Below, one piece after another: positions 25,085-38,137 of a DNA stretch of 64,000 bases (its first letter is position 1; every line of letters begins with the position of its first letter). A program made the position numbers and the translations under genes. Source of the stretch: Catajapyx aquilonaris (Eukaryota). The stretch is taken from assembly GCA_000934665.2 (NCBI GenBank), contig KZ538088.1, positions 62,001 to 126,000 of the forward strand, read 5' to 3'. The notes under the pieces were generated by a model. The model did no database searches. It was given only the letters and a program-made list of their open reading frames with translations, and was not told the DNA's origin.

Positions 25085-28000
25085 GGTTGCAAAAAGTGGG
25101 TCCAGCTGCAAGTCACCATCCGGTCACTGTCTTTTTAGTAGTCTGCCAATTGGTCCCCCATGATGCCCTCCTCCTCCTCTTCCGATGAACCCATGCCGTG
25201 GTCAATAGGCCGTTCTTTGGCGGCACATTTGTCCTCCTTAATCCGGCTTGACATTTGGCGGGCTTTTTCGGGGGTGTCTCTCTAACCAGGGGGGTGCCGG
25301 TTTGCCGGTAGATACACACAGGGGCAAAAGGGTGTCGGGGCACTTCCCTTTGCCATCCCCTCCCTACCCTCCCCAAAAAGCGGGTAGGAACAAAAGCGCA
25401 GGGCTAATGCGCATCACGACACGCCTAAAACGCTTTTTATCCCAGGGCTTGCTGCCGCTCTCCCCATTGGACTACCCCTAACATCGGGGCTGGGCCTCTT
25501 ATCGGAGGCGGGGTTCCACCCCCCCTCATATCACACACACACACACACATGTAACTGGGGGGGTTGAGGAGGGGGTGACAACATGGGATTTGTCAACGTG
25601 ACATGTACGATTTTGCAGCAAACGGTACAAGCTCGGCACATTTTTTGGACAGATTTGCATAATAAAATGCAGGGGTCTGCAGGGGGTCGGGGGTTGACAC
25701 TGGAATAAGTCATAAGTTATAAACGGTCTGGGGGAAGGCTGTCGTGTCCCTCCAGAGGACATTCATCACCTCGGCCCACTGCAAAAAGGATCTTCGGGCT
25801 ATATTATCCGACGGAGTTTATAATAGTGACACACACACACATGCGACATGGCCACCAAAAATCTTCTATGGTCAAAGAAGGGGGGTGCCTGCCTACCTTC
25901 CCCCTCATTTGTTGGGGCTGGGACCCAGAGCAGACTGGGCTATTTATCAGGGTGGGAACCTTTTGTTGGGATATACCGAACAGAGCCATTGATATGTACA
26001 ACCACGTGGGTTGAGATCCTGTCATTTCCATTTCTGGTTATCGATATACAGGACCTACCGGACTCAATGACGCTCTTAAATAATTGAGTGAATTTTCATT
26101 CAATTTGAGTGAAATTCTCACTCGAAATTTGCACTCGACATTTTTAGAGGACGTGGACAGAGAACAAAAAAATAAGAGTTCATACAATTTACTCGGGACT
26201 CAAAATAACAGGTTTTCCACCGAAAGGCAGTGTGTACATTTGACTTCTCGAGAATGCTAGGGGTTGATGTTGACTGTGGTCCGCCAAAACCCGGAGTAAA
26301 GTTAGGCCAGTCGCTCCGTGCAAATACTGGCAAAAAAGTAGTTTTTCTGCAGTTCAGGGCCGTGCTTGAAAACAAGCGTCTTTAGTGCACAGTCGAAACT
26401 GGTTCTGATATCAATCGGCGTGGAAAATGTTTAAAAAAGATAAATCGTCCACAAAACCGTGCAATATTCGTAAAATGTCAGGTGTAGCTCGTAACTAACC
26501 AATATTTAAGAAAACGCAATGACACGGCACCGTGCTAAGAATTACGGCCATAAATTAGATTGAAATACGAGAGCAACAGGACACCTGGATTCCCATAAAC
26601 CCATGGACCTGCGAATAAAAAATAAAAAACAGGAGTAAATCCATCCTCCTTACCTGATTGGAGTCACATCAGCAGGGGGTTACCGGTCCTCAAGAGTAAA
26701 TCCAAGTTGCAAGTTCGCAGGTAACCTGCGAAAAGACAGATTAAAAAAGCAAGCAAAGCAGGGGGGCAAAACGTTAGTAAAAAAATTATATTTTTTAAAA
26801 AGATAGGACGTGAGGTGGGGATAGATTTTTTTTAAAGACACCTTCCCTAGTGAGAATCCCATATTTCTAATCGGGCTTTGTATGACAACATTCTGGTAAT
26901 ATCTATCTATGTGGAAGAGCGATGGCGGGTCATTCGTTTTCCGACTCCGGAGGACCTTGGTTTGGGATGTTGGCGCTACAAGACCCACAACTCGTAACTC
27001 AACTCGCCCTAGGACGGCTCTGTAACCCGGCGTGATTTCTCTAAAGAAGTGATTAATAAATACTTCGCACGGCGTGAATCTCCACGTCTGCTTTACATGT
27101 CGCCATGGAGGGATTTTTCATTTCTGCGCCTTTGTTGCCACGGCAGGTTGGCCAGCAGGTTCGGAGGATCTTTGGACCACCACCATATAAAAAAATTTGA
27201 AGGGGGGGATTCTCAAACACATTCTTTTTCTTTTGGATGGGGGAGGGGGGGAAAAGACAATTGAATTTGGTGCGTTTGCAGGGGCATTTATCAGGATTGG
27301 CTTTTCCGATTATTTCGTCGCCTGTGCTATAAGCTGCGGATTATGGAGGACGTGACAAATATCGCGGAAGAATCAGGGGGCTGATTTATCGCTTATTCAT
27401 TCAGTCCTAACAATAAGCCAGCAAGCCAGGATTTTCTGCCTTTATACTAGCATGCAATTGCGTTTGATGTACAGGGCGGTACCAAACTTGTTGGGAGCAA
27501 CAATATTTTGTCCAGGCTCCAATAACAATCAAGGCACATCCTGCCATGTTGTATAATTATCCCGAATTCATCATCACTAGCTCGCATTATCCAGTCTCGA
27601 ATCTCACATGTTGCAGAGCAATTGTGGGCAGCAGGACAGGCGGTCACCCATGACCTGAAATCATGAGCGATAAATGCAATCAGCGTGCAATTAGCACCCC
27701 CTACATCTCTAGAAAATTATGAACTTACTTTTGAACTTAAGTCTACTATAAGTCTTTTCCTTCCCTTCCCGTTTTCTAGAAGTTTGGCCTCAACTTTGCC
27801 TCAAGCCAGACCGAACTTGCTATCGAATTATCGGAGAGGATCCAACCGCCTCCTTTCCCTCTGCGTGTGCGCTAATTCGATTTGTCACTAGCAAGTTTCC
27901 GCCACAGAAACACCTCATCCCAAGGATCCTCCATCTTCCATATATAGACTTCTCTGGCTCTTTACAAAATGGGAACGCAATTTTCGGGGCGCATAAAACA

Positions 28001-29563
28001 AATGGCGCCGAGGAGTCAGTCACGTGGATCATTTTCACGTTTGAAAAAGAAAAAAAAACGGTTTTGTTTTTTTTTTGTTTTTTTTTTTTTTCGAGACGGG
28101 CCCCCACAGGGCTTGTGTATCCGAGGCTCATCAGCAAATTAGTCTGCCAGGCGTTTTCTTGCATCGGGCTGGCAAATGATAATTACAGGGCGTTGAAACC
28201 GCGCGGCTTCTCCGGTCACTTGAGCTATGTTGCCAACTGCTGTGTGTGTGTGCACAAGTTGCACAGCCAGATGTGCGGTATTGTGCAGAAAATATCGCAA
28301 TTGGATGACATGCAATGCATCAAGGTATGACACAATCACGACAGATTCTGACCCAATATTATTTTACAACGCAGAGGCAGGTGCAACATGTGGCAGTCTC
28401 ATCACACACTGCATAATTATACAGTAAGATATCAGATTTTACCCTACACTTCCACACACATCCTGAAAATTTGCAATGTGACGCTGGCAACGTGGGCATC
28501 AGCAAAGAGGGCAGTAGGAAGCAGCGACTTCGTCAAGCTGTTCGGTAAGTGGTAATTATCATTATGTGGGCTAGGTATTTATCTGGTAAGTATGGAGCAG
28601 AAACTCCTTCGGCTCCAATCAAGAAGATTGTGGGAGAACCAGAGCAATCACAGGTTTCCAAGGCACAAATGGGTGTAATTCCACAAACATCTCTCGCATA
28701 TCCCTTATACTTTATTGCTCACTTTGGATGGCGTTTCAGGCCTGCAATGGCACTACTTAATCACTCAACCTAGCAATAATTATTACCCTCTACCATTACC
28801 CCTCATTCTACAATCAGTTCCTAACATAATCCCCCTTTTACGTACATCTAAAATGAGCGTCACGTTGGCACAGATCTAACAAAAATGCACATATAGATAT
28901 AAACAGTTCATGATGGCATCCCTTTCATTGCATTTGGAAGATCACTACAATACTAGATTGTGATGCTGATATCAGTGATATGAAAATACACAAGCTCAAC
29001 AGGTATCACACTTTTGTTATGTACATCTTGTTCCAGATGCTACGTAGCTGTGAAAATCTGGGTATCACAAAAATACATTTGAACTAGAGTTAATCTGGCC
29101 TGATATAATTAAATATGATTGCATACTACTTTTACCTTTTGTACACAAATTCTAATGGCCTGAAGATGTTGCGCAGTTTGTATAGGAAAAAAAATCAACA
29201 TCTAGAAATGTGTACATGTTGCAGGCACATAGGCATTACTTCATGACTAAGTGCAAATAGCAAAAACGTAGAAAATAAGGTTCTGAAAAATGTTCTACAA
29301 CATTGTGGCTGAGGATCACTAGCTTTTGCAAAGTGATACTGAAGAATAAGTACTGCATCATTCAACTGGGGTATTTCAGGCAAGAGGGTGATTAGCTACA
29401 TTAAAAATAGGCTCAGGCATCTCGCTGACCTTGCAATTATTTTTTTTTGCTTCAACTGATAACAGCTCTGAATGATTGTGGTAAAAGATAAAAAGCTACT
29501 GGTAATATTAACCACTCTTTTTGTATATAAATTTCATTCACAGTTTGAAATAACAGAAGTTCA

Positions 29564-29566
<3 letters not shown>

Positions 29567-29603
<37 letters not shown>

Positions 29604-29609
29604 TCTCTC
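29567..29609. repeat. (CT)n microsatellite
   Basis: Directly visible, downstream of the TBC1D13 stop. Confidence 0.9.
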
Positions 29610-30500
29610 GCTGTGGCAGAGTGGTACTTTTTTTCATTTTCAAGCAAATGTCTCCAGCAATAGGATGGGTAAAACCTGATAAGTTACTCACTTCAGTTGT
29701 GCATGTGCATTCCCATTGGTAGATGTGATGTGTATGCAGGAGTGGAGTAATCAGAGTGTTGGAGGTGAAAATTTAGGCGGAGCAATCCTCTTTCTCAGGA
29801 TTCAATTGCCTTTCATCTGGTACCAAAAACACAGAACTGACTAGGTAGGTGGAGTCCTATAATAATGTGTCATTAGAGGTTGAGTCCTCTACTTTCTAAA
29901 AGTACTGAAGTAATATTTATATTTCTGACTAGCTTACTTGAGTAGCCTACTAACATCACAGAATGACAGAAAGGCCACAGTAGGCCAATTTCTCCCTCCC
30001 AATACTTTCCTTGGCCATGTTGAAATAAATCACATTAGTTGAACCCTTCTGATATTCTAAATTCATCTACATGAGTATATTAGAACCTCCTCCCCCCCAA
30101 ATCCTTTCATGTTGGCAAAAAGTACCCAAGTAAGCAAATACCTTTCTCTCACAACTGACAAGCGAGTACACCCTATGAGTTTCAGTGATACTGTGACATG
30201 ATTGCCAGGTTTTTGACTCAAAAACTAACGAGCTGCCACTAATCAACCCTCTTGCTCAAAGCACTCCCATTACCAATAAAAAACAATGCTGATAAGTACC
30301 ATTACAGGTGATGTTCAGTAGTGTAAAATAATCCACATTGATCACAATACTTGATACCATACCTTGGGCTGAATTCACTTTGTAGATATACATTTTACAC
30401 CATTCAGACCATGTCCCCCGAGATTAATGATGGCGCTTAGACTTAACCCATACAAAAACTCATTTTACAAGTTTCAATATACTGTATACACCTTCATGCT

Positions 30501-33500
30501 TCATCTGTGATTTGCAAGTTGAGCAGCTTTGGACAAAACTATTGCTACATCCATAGATGGAAAGTTCTGGAAGAAATAATTCCAAGTGTTAGCAGGTTAC
30601 AAGTTTGGAGGACTTCAAACTCCAGTTCAAATCCTACCTGAAGCAACTTCATATTTGATGGGAAATCTCCTGACATGAGTTGAGTGTGAAGCAACATGAT
30701 CATAGAACAGCAAATGTCAATTAGAAAGTCAAATCGATTCTCATCAGCCAATAATGAATCCCAAATCCTAAGAACATCTGGTAATGGGAACTCTTGAGAC
30801 AAAAGCAATGTTAACCAACTGGAAAAAAAAAATTACAATGCTATTTAGTAAAACGAAACAATACAGCTTTCTATACATGTTACTAACCGGAAGCTGTAAA
30901 ACTGTGGCCTCAACTCTTGCTGTTGCAATCTGTTCCATACTTCCACATCTCGCCTCTTAAGCCTCTCCATTAGTTTGTTCATCATAGCATTGATTCCTGA
31001 GGCAGACTCGTCAAGAGTCTTAATGAAGGAGTCTCGTATCTCTCCCATCAAGTTTGTAAAGCAGAAGAATGTATCTGCCTCTGCATTTTCTGAAAAGACA
31101 ATTAGGACATTCCACATAGTCATTTGTTTCTCACATAATTCTACATCACAACTTGCCCACTCCCACCATTCACATCATTAAAGAAACATGACAGCTTAGC
31201 TGCCCTTATTCTAAAAGATGATTTCTGCCATGATAAGAAAAGGCCACATGTGAAGGAAGATCTACATTGGCTTGTCTACCTCTATCAGACTTCTGCAGCA
31301 GTCTGAGTTGGACAAGCAACACCCAATCTGACCTCACATTGCAGGTACAATGTCCCTGACCATGGATGATTCCCTTACATGCAGCTCATTTTAATTCCAC
31401 CATAATGTATTCTGCTCAATGAAATTACACACAAAAATTTGATAACTACTTCAACATTTCCCCCATCAGCTTCCAAATCACAACTCTTAGTTGAGCCAAA
31501 CGTAACTTGAAGAGTTAAAAAATGCCATGTTTACCTCTCCATTCCATATTTGGATCTGAAGCGAAGGCAAAGTAGATTGGTCCAACAATTTCATTCATCC
31601 CTTGAACATACCCTTGCCCTGGATTAAGCTTGGCGTAGATGAACAAAACTCGCTCCACAACTTCCCAGTGGGCTTCTTTGCCCTCCTGAAGTGGAGCATA
31701 ATCTTCATTCGCCTTCTTTATGGACAATGCAATCTACAAGAAAAACATGTCTCATCAGAAACACTTGAACTCATTTATGCTGACTTATTGCGAATCGGTG
31801 TATCAGCAATGTTACGCTGACACTTTTCTTAACCCAGTAGCGGGCATTGTTGCCTGAGGGCAACAATTAATTTTCGCAGGCGCCATAAGCTTCAACATTG
31901 GTCCTGGAAACCACAGTGTGGCTTGATGTCACTGTTAGTTTGTTAGCTTCCGCTGGATGACATGCAATGTCGACAATGTTACGATCGGGATATGGTATGA
32001 AGCGGAGAGAAGCCAAGGTCGTTGAAAATGGCGCGAAATTTGAATTTGCTGAAGCAGCAATGGTTTCTGGAGCTGATTAGATATAGGTGCAGATATTAAA
32101 TATCGAATTGCATGTGTAACACTGCAAGAGTAGCTCTCTCGTCGCCATTTGAGGCCATTCTAATTTTGCCAGCACAATTTCATCACAATTTTTTGGCGGC
32201 GCAGGCACAATATTGCTTGAGGTTTGAGTCCTAAGTCATTGTACTATTTTTATTCGAAAACGGAAATATGTACAGATATGACCATTACTACGTTTTAAAG
32301 GCCCGGCGATTACAATTTGGACTGGAATACAGATGGCCCTGAGATCTCAAGGGGAGCCGGTAAACGAAAGGGGATCGTGACCACCCACCCCGAGCTGCAT
32401 GAGACGGTGGAAGGGTGGGGGTTATGATAGCCTTTAGTTTTCTGGTCCCCTTTGCGACATGGATGCCATCTATTTATCAGATGAAATTGTAATCACCGGA
32501 CCTTCAAAACTTAGCAAAGGTCATCTCTGTATGTGTTACCATTTTTGAATAAAAAAATACTCGCCATGACTTTTGACTCACCCGGTGTAACTTCAAAGTC
32601 ATTGGGTCAGAGATGACCAAAACATAATAAAAACCATCCTTACGTCGCATATGATGAGAAAAAGGAGTTAGAATTTTTTTCTTCCCACAATCCTAAATGT
32701 GTGCAGTACAGGGTTAATAATGCATGCCATAAACCACAACTTTACTGAGTGTGACATTCAAGAGATCAATTTGCAATAACCTGCAGCTTCTTACCTGCTA
32801 CTAGCCATAAGAAAGCATGTGGAGTAGAAGCTCATCAGACAACAACTTAATAAGCACTTAAAAAAGGACACCTGGGTTGCGATGCCAGCTTACCTTAGTG
32901 ACTCCGAGACCTTTCCTCTCCACGTTTGCAGACTTGAGAACTGTGTAATGAACTCTTTGGTGGAGTCTGTCCGTTCCAAAACCATGCACAATTTGTGAGC
33001 AAGGGAAGTCTGTGGGTTGCTGGAAGAAGGAGATGTCTGGACAAAGTCTCCGAACATCTTTGTCGATCTGAAGGAGGACTTCATTGTCCCGGAAAAAAAC
33101 ATGCCACTGGCTGTCCGGGTTAGGATTCAAAGGGTGGTCCAGATTTGCATTGTTGCGACTGTCTTCAGATGCTGTGCCAGGACTCACTACCATCTCCTCT
33201 GCAATCAAAAAAAGATACCGTATGTCAAATTCCGACAATAGCCTCATGTAGCATTAAGGTATAAACAAAAGTTAGCTATCTCAGAGTGCTACTTTACACA
33301 GTAATATTTCCAACAATAGATCCTAAAATTGCACACGTTATTCACCTATAAACTGCCGATACAGCTTCCGCTTCTTGTGTAGCGTGTCTTCCCACATTTG
33401 CTTGCTGGCTGGCAGGTAGTTGAGCAGCAGCTTCCAGCACAGCGCTCTCTTCCCATGGTCATCCGGAATGCCTGCCAAACACAACATAATATTATTAGTG

Positions 33501-34047
33501 TCGCTCCTTTTCAAAGAACTCGAGGTATCTCCTGTACCATTGAAGCAAAGCCTCTTCAGTCTGGCCAAATCAATCTCCGCAGATGATAAGACCTCATCAA
33601 ATTCTTGCAGCCTTGAAAATTAAATAACTCATTTTTTACACATCATGGGTACTAACTCTTGGTACTAACAACATGTGTAATACGAAATCCCAGGTGGAAA
33701 TACACAAATCACATGACATTGAGCCATGCAATCCCCACAATAAGAAATTCAACCACTAGTCACTTATTCTACGGCTTAACTCCCCGTGCACTTGTACTAG
33801 AGTGCAAAGGAACAAAACAATAATAATAATAAAAACAAGGGGTCATTGTCTGGATCAACAGTTGTTGTTTTCCCTCCCCCGCATGAAAGGCCCGTCCTGA
33901 GAAGAGCATTACTCAGCCTCAAGTCCTCAGCTGGTGTCCCGCCTTAATTACACCCAGAATGCCGTTGAAACCAGTCCCGCCCGACCCATACAACCGCACA
34001 AAATTAAAGTCCGTTGCGCCTCCTCACCTAGCCTTGTAAGCAGCCAT
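30501..34047 (-). CDS. TBC1D13: TBC1 domain family member 13 (Rab GTPase-activating protein), about 390 aa
   Basis: Eight phase-consistent exons: 34047-34028, 33611-33538, 33471-33346, 33198-32894, 31733-31535, 31089-30888, 30818-30638, 30566-30501 (1173 nt). TBC motifs IDKDVRR and YVQGMNE, plus CWKLLLNYLP, DHPLNPNPDSQW, AEADTFFCF and LLSQEFPLPDVLRIWDSL. Confidence 0.95.
31833..32713. mobile_element. Non-autonomous piggyBac-like element in TBC1D13 intron 4
   Basis: TTAA|CCC ... GGG|TTAA ends with imperfect TIR (cccagtagc vs ccctgtact); diverged internal inverted repeat of about 95 bp (32225-32318 vs 32484-32580). Confidence 0.6.
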
Positions 34048-34352
34048 CTTCGGAACAAGAGTGGGCGGATCAGGAGGAGGAAACAGCTGATCAGGACTCG
34101 CATCCACGGGACATCCCGAGCGGACCAAACTCAACAGAAATTGTTAAATTTTCAAACGGGGCTGTGGGAAACTCAATATTAATCGCGATTATTTATTTTT
34201 TAAAAAAATTAGTAAGTGGCGCCATCTGTGATCGTGCAATGGGCACCATCTGTGCGCCACTCCTGGAACTGTTCCCACCACAGGCAGGCCAATGTAATAA
34301 TTTCCCTAAATACACATCTTCATCAGCTGGCTGCAGGGGACTTGCAATCAAA
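34048..34352. promoter_or_regulatory. Bidirectional promoter and 5' UTRs of TBC1D13 / PLPP6
   Basis: Divergent start codons about 305 bp apart; two copies of GGC(G/A)CCATCTGTG at 34218-34230 and 34242-34254. Confidence 0.75.
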
Positions 34353-35315
34353 ATGGTGAGAATGATGATGATTATTCTTGCGCAATTATTAGCCACAACT
34401 TGCAGGAGTTTCGAATGCCCTGTTTCTCTCTTCCGATGCAGGGTCACAAGCGGGCGGAGGCTGGTCCTATGCGGTACCTGCTCAACACTGATGTGTGGGT
34501 CACCAGCAAGTTCTGCAGCGCAATGGAGAGGGTCTTGCCGCTCAGGAGGTTCAGGAAGCACATGATCGGACTGGAGGTACGTATTAACAAAGGACAATAA
34601 TTAAAAATTAGTCAATTACTGCAAGTACAGGTTTACACTGCTGATACAGCCGGTTCTAGATGACAGCTGCGTGTTGCATTAGTGCGTGTGCGTAATTAGC
34701 AGCTGCTTTTCATACAATCGGGGTGCAGATCCTGCTTGTGCACCTGATGTTAATTGTACTAATTATGTATTATGTATGACATCCTATTGTTTGATTCAAT
34801 GTCCGCAGCTGTCGTGCCATGGCCTGGTATGGCTGGTGGGCTGCTTCATCCTGCTGTACCTCGCCTGGTCCAGGGACATGATCGAAACCACAGTCAACCT
34901 GATCATCGGTCTGTGCATTGACATCGTGGCTGTGGCCGTCATCAAGGCTGTGGCTCGGCGGAGGCGACCTCCAGGGAACCAGGATGATATGTTCATGGTG
35001 GTCCAGATGGACAAGTACTCGTTTCCGTCCGGACATGCGTCGAGGGTCACGTACCTTGCCCTGTTTGGGACTGCCCTGTTCCCAATGGGAATAGTTGCCG
35101 ACATTATCCTGTGGGGGTGGGCCACATTGCTGTGCGCCTCAAGGGTCATGCTGCGCAGGCATCATGTGCTTGATGTTCTTTGCGGGATTGCCCTTGGCTA
35201 TTTCGAATACCTCTTCAGTTGGATGTTCTGGATGGATGCAGACACAGCGCAGATTTTTGTTGGGTGGCTCACTGGCTACAGGGCCGAGGACACCGGTAGT
35301 CTTGAAATGGGCTGA
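34353..35315 (+). CDS. PLPP6: PAP2-family polyisoprenoid/presqualene diphosphate phosphatase (PLPP6/PPAPDC2-like), about 214 aa
   Basis: Exons 34353-34355 (ATG only, caaaATG|gtgaga), 34442-34576, 34809-35315. Catalytic motifs KAVARRRRP (KX6RP), SFPSGHASR and SRVMLRRHHVLD (SRX5HX3D); hydrophobic segments; AATAAA at 35361-35366. The exact start is less certain (in-frame ATGs also lie near 34415-34436). Confidence 0.88.
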
Positions 35316-35520
35316 TCTCACAATTCCCTTTGTTCATACGTACCACTAGTATTGTTGACTAATAAAGACTTCAAGTTTGGTTGTTTGCAGTTGGAAAGCT
35401 ACATTTTTCATTGCATCGAGTAAATTGAGTTCCCACACTCATCTCTTAATTCGAGACTGTTGTGTTGTTCCCTGACTGTTACAGTATTACCTGTTCCGTA
35501 AAGGGAAGTTGAGACATTTA

Positions 35521-35646
35521 TGCCCGATTGCACCAACGCAATTACTGATTCAATAGCTCCTAACAGTCGTTAGCACACATTAAAACGGCTCCTAACGATC
35601 CATTAGGAGCTATTGGATCGGTAATTTCGATAGGTGCAATCAGGCA
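35521..35646. mobile_element. Short hairpin MITE (PIF/Harbinger-like), copy 2
   Basis: TTA on both sides; TIR tgcccgattgcacc / ggtgcaatcaggca; same length and same internal tagctcctaac / ttaggagcta motifs as copy 1. Confidence 0.8.
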
Positions 35647-38137
35647 TTAGTATGGATTCAACTAGAGAATGGCAACAATGATGTGTAGGTAGAGCCCAAG
35701 AATGGGATGAATGTGTCATGTTCTCTGCTTTGATGCAGAATGACCTTTGGGAATGTGTAGCTCAAATATTTGAATAAATTATGTCGCAAATGCCAAGTCA
35801 TACAACTTCGAATGGTGAATGTTTCATCTGTCAGTGCAGAAACTTATTTTCAACAAGACTTTTGAACTGAATATTTTTTTGTTCCTAGCAGAAAAGAAAC
35901 TGGTTTAGTCACAGCCGCACTTGTGAAGGGAAAATGTGGCTCTGATATCATGCCACCCACCTTGGTTCTCATTCAAACTGTTACATTCCAGAAGGTTTGT
36001 CCCTTTTGGCACTGATTCGCATTGCAGGCGGAATCTTTTTGGCATAATGACAACAGCACCCTTCCACTTTTTTCAGGCTTGTTCATGCTTACTTACAAGC
36101 CTCGCTACCAATTAATTACCATCTGTTTTACATAGGACAGTCAGATCCTCTTCCAGAGTGCCATGCATTATAAGCCTGCAATGTCAAGAAATGCAGCCTC
36201 ACCTGGTTATTAGCATTCTGTACTGTCAAGAAACTACATATGAGGAAACACTCACTATCACTCACACTCACATGTCTTCAAGCAGCCTCTACATACAGTG
36301 CTGGCACTATGAATAATAAATTTCTCCCGCCACTGATCTTGTATGGTACCACACTCGTTTTTGATGGATTACAAAACTCCAGCAACAATGGGCTTTTCTG
36401 CCGACGTGTAATAATTACAGTGCACGTCTTTGCCTAAGTTGATGGTCTAAAGAGCTGATGGTGACGTAAACAAAGTTGCAGCATGCAAAAAGGTCGAGGG
36501 AGACCAAACCTTGTGCCAGTCGAAGACTATGGAGGTCAAATGCAACCAAGGAACTTCGGATCGTCGCCTTGGGCTGCTGTATATCAGGGGAAGTGTTTAA
36601 ATTAAAAACACACATTAAATTCCTCATTTTTCATTTGCAGCTTTACATCAGGTTTCTTCCATTGTAAGTAAGCACCACCAATTTGTTAAAATCCGTATTG
36701 TCGGGTACGTGGCCAACGTACAAAAATTTCAACACTGAAAGCACCGAATATCCTAACAATTATGTGTTAACTACAGTAGATACTTAACATCTTTGGTGAA
36801 AAGGAATGTATAAATTATTTGGAAAATCACTCTCTCTCTTTTTTGCACTACAAACATAATTTGATGATATTTATTTAGTGTGTGACCTATTATTATCTAG
36901 CGCTGTTTTTAGTCGTGATCTTTGAGAGAGATGACTCAAGTTAGCAAAATGCCATAACCGTTAACAAGCTAAATAAATATCTTAGAGCACAAAGAGCTGC
37001 CAGATATACACAAAAAATATCAACACCTGCATTAAATACTCTTTTCATCTGGATAAAATAAAATCTCAATAAACGAACACTTAAGTCTTGTGTAAATTTG
37101 GTAAATGATCAATGACTTAACTTCAGCTGCATCTGGTTAAATCAGGATGTTAAAAGAGAAAAAATAAAAGTATATCATCACAACAGCGAACACTAAGATA
37201 TGTGGAAGAAGAGAACAACAGTCTTGTTATTTTCGGAGACAGACTTTTTGAGAGATTGGCACATCAAGCTATGCCAACTGAGCAACAATTATCACTAGAG
37301 CTTGATGCAAAACTATTATTATGCTACCAAATGTAAGGCCCTTCAAGTCAGAAAGTCCTGCAATATTGCTGAAACAGAGACGCTGCTTCAACCATTGTGT
37401 AAAAAGTTGATCTATGAAACTATCATTTTGACAAAATGTATTGGAATTTAAAAAATTGTTAGAAAATTCTTGCACTGTCGCCTGAATTGCAGGGTGATTG
37501 AGAACAATATCGACAAACTTCGTGGGGCGATAGAGCGTACTCGCAGAAGCGCAGCTACTGACCCATATATCACTTTTATTGTCACCTTCACACTTCAATG
37601 TAGGCACAATAAATGGGTCGAGTTCACAGTGCACACTCGCAAGCCCTGCACTAATTTGATGCCTTTCCCACTCCACAGCATCAACAGGAAGTGTTTCCGA
37701 CCATGGGTTCAGTTGAAAATTGTCACATCAGGCACGCTCCATTACCTCACAAAGTCTGTCGGTGTTGTTCTCAATCAGCCTGTATTCAAACCTTCTCTTC
37801 TCCCCAAACACGTAAGACTTCCAAATGGGTTGCCACAGAAATCTAAAAACAACCTTTGACAGTACAAGACATCAAAAAAGAGATTCTGCATAGTTTACAG
37901 AAGATAAGTTGAAAAACTAGGGGAAGAGTTACACAGTCTGAGACGCCTGAGATCTGGACAAAAAACATAATCTATCGACGTGGGATTGGGTATCGCATTA
38001 AGCGCCGTAGAACTGCTAGCGCCAACGCTGGTTTGGGAAAGAGAAAAGAACACCTCATGTGACCATTAATATATGGAGTGTGTGCAGGGAACATAAAAGG
38101 GAATGTGATACATATACTGTTACACCTGACTTCTGCT

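Noticed and set aside
37269..37859. 135-aa and 129-aa ORFs downstream of ATAT1
   Set aside because: No homology recognised; probable 3' UTR or intergenic sequence.
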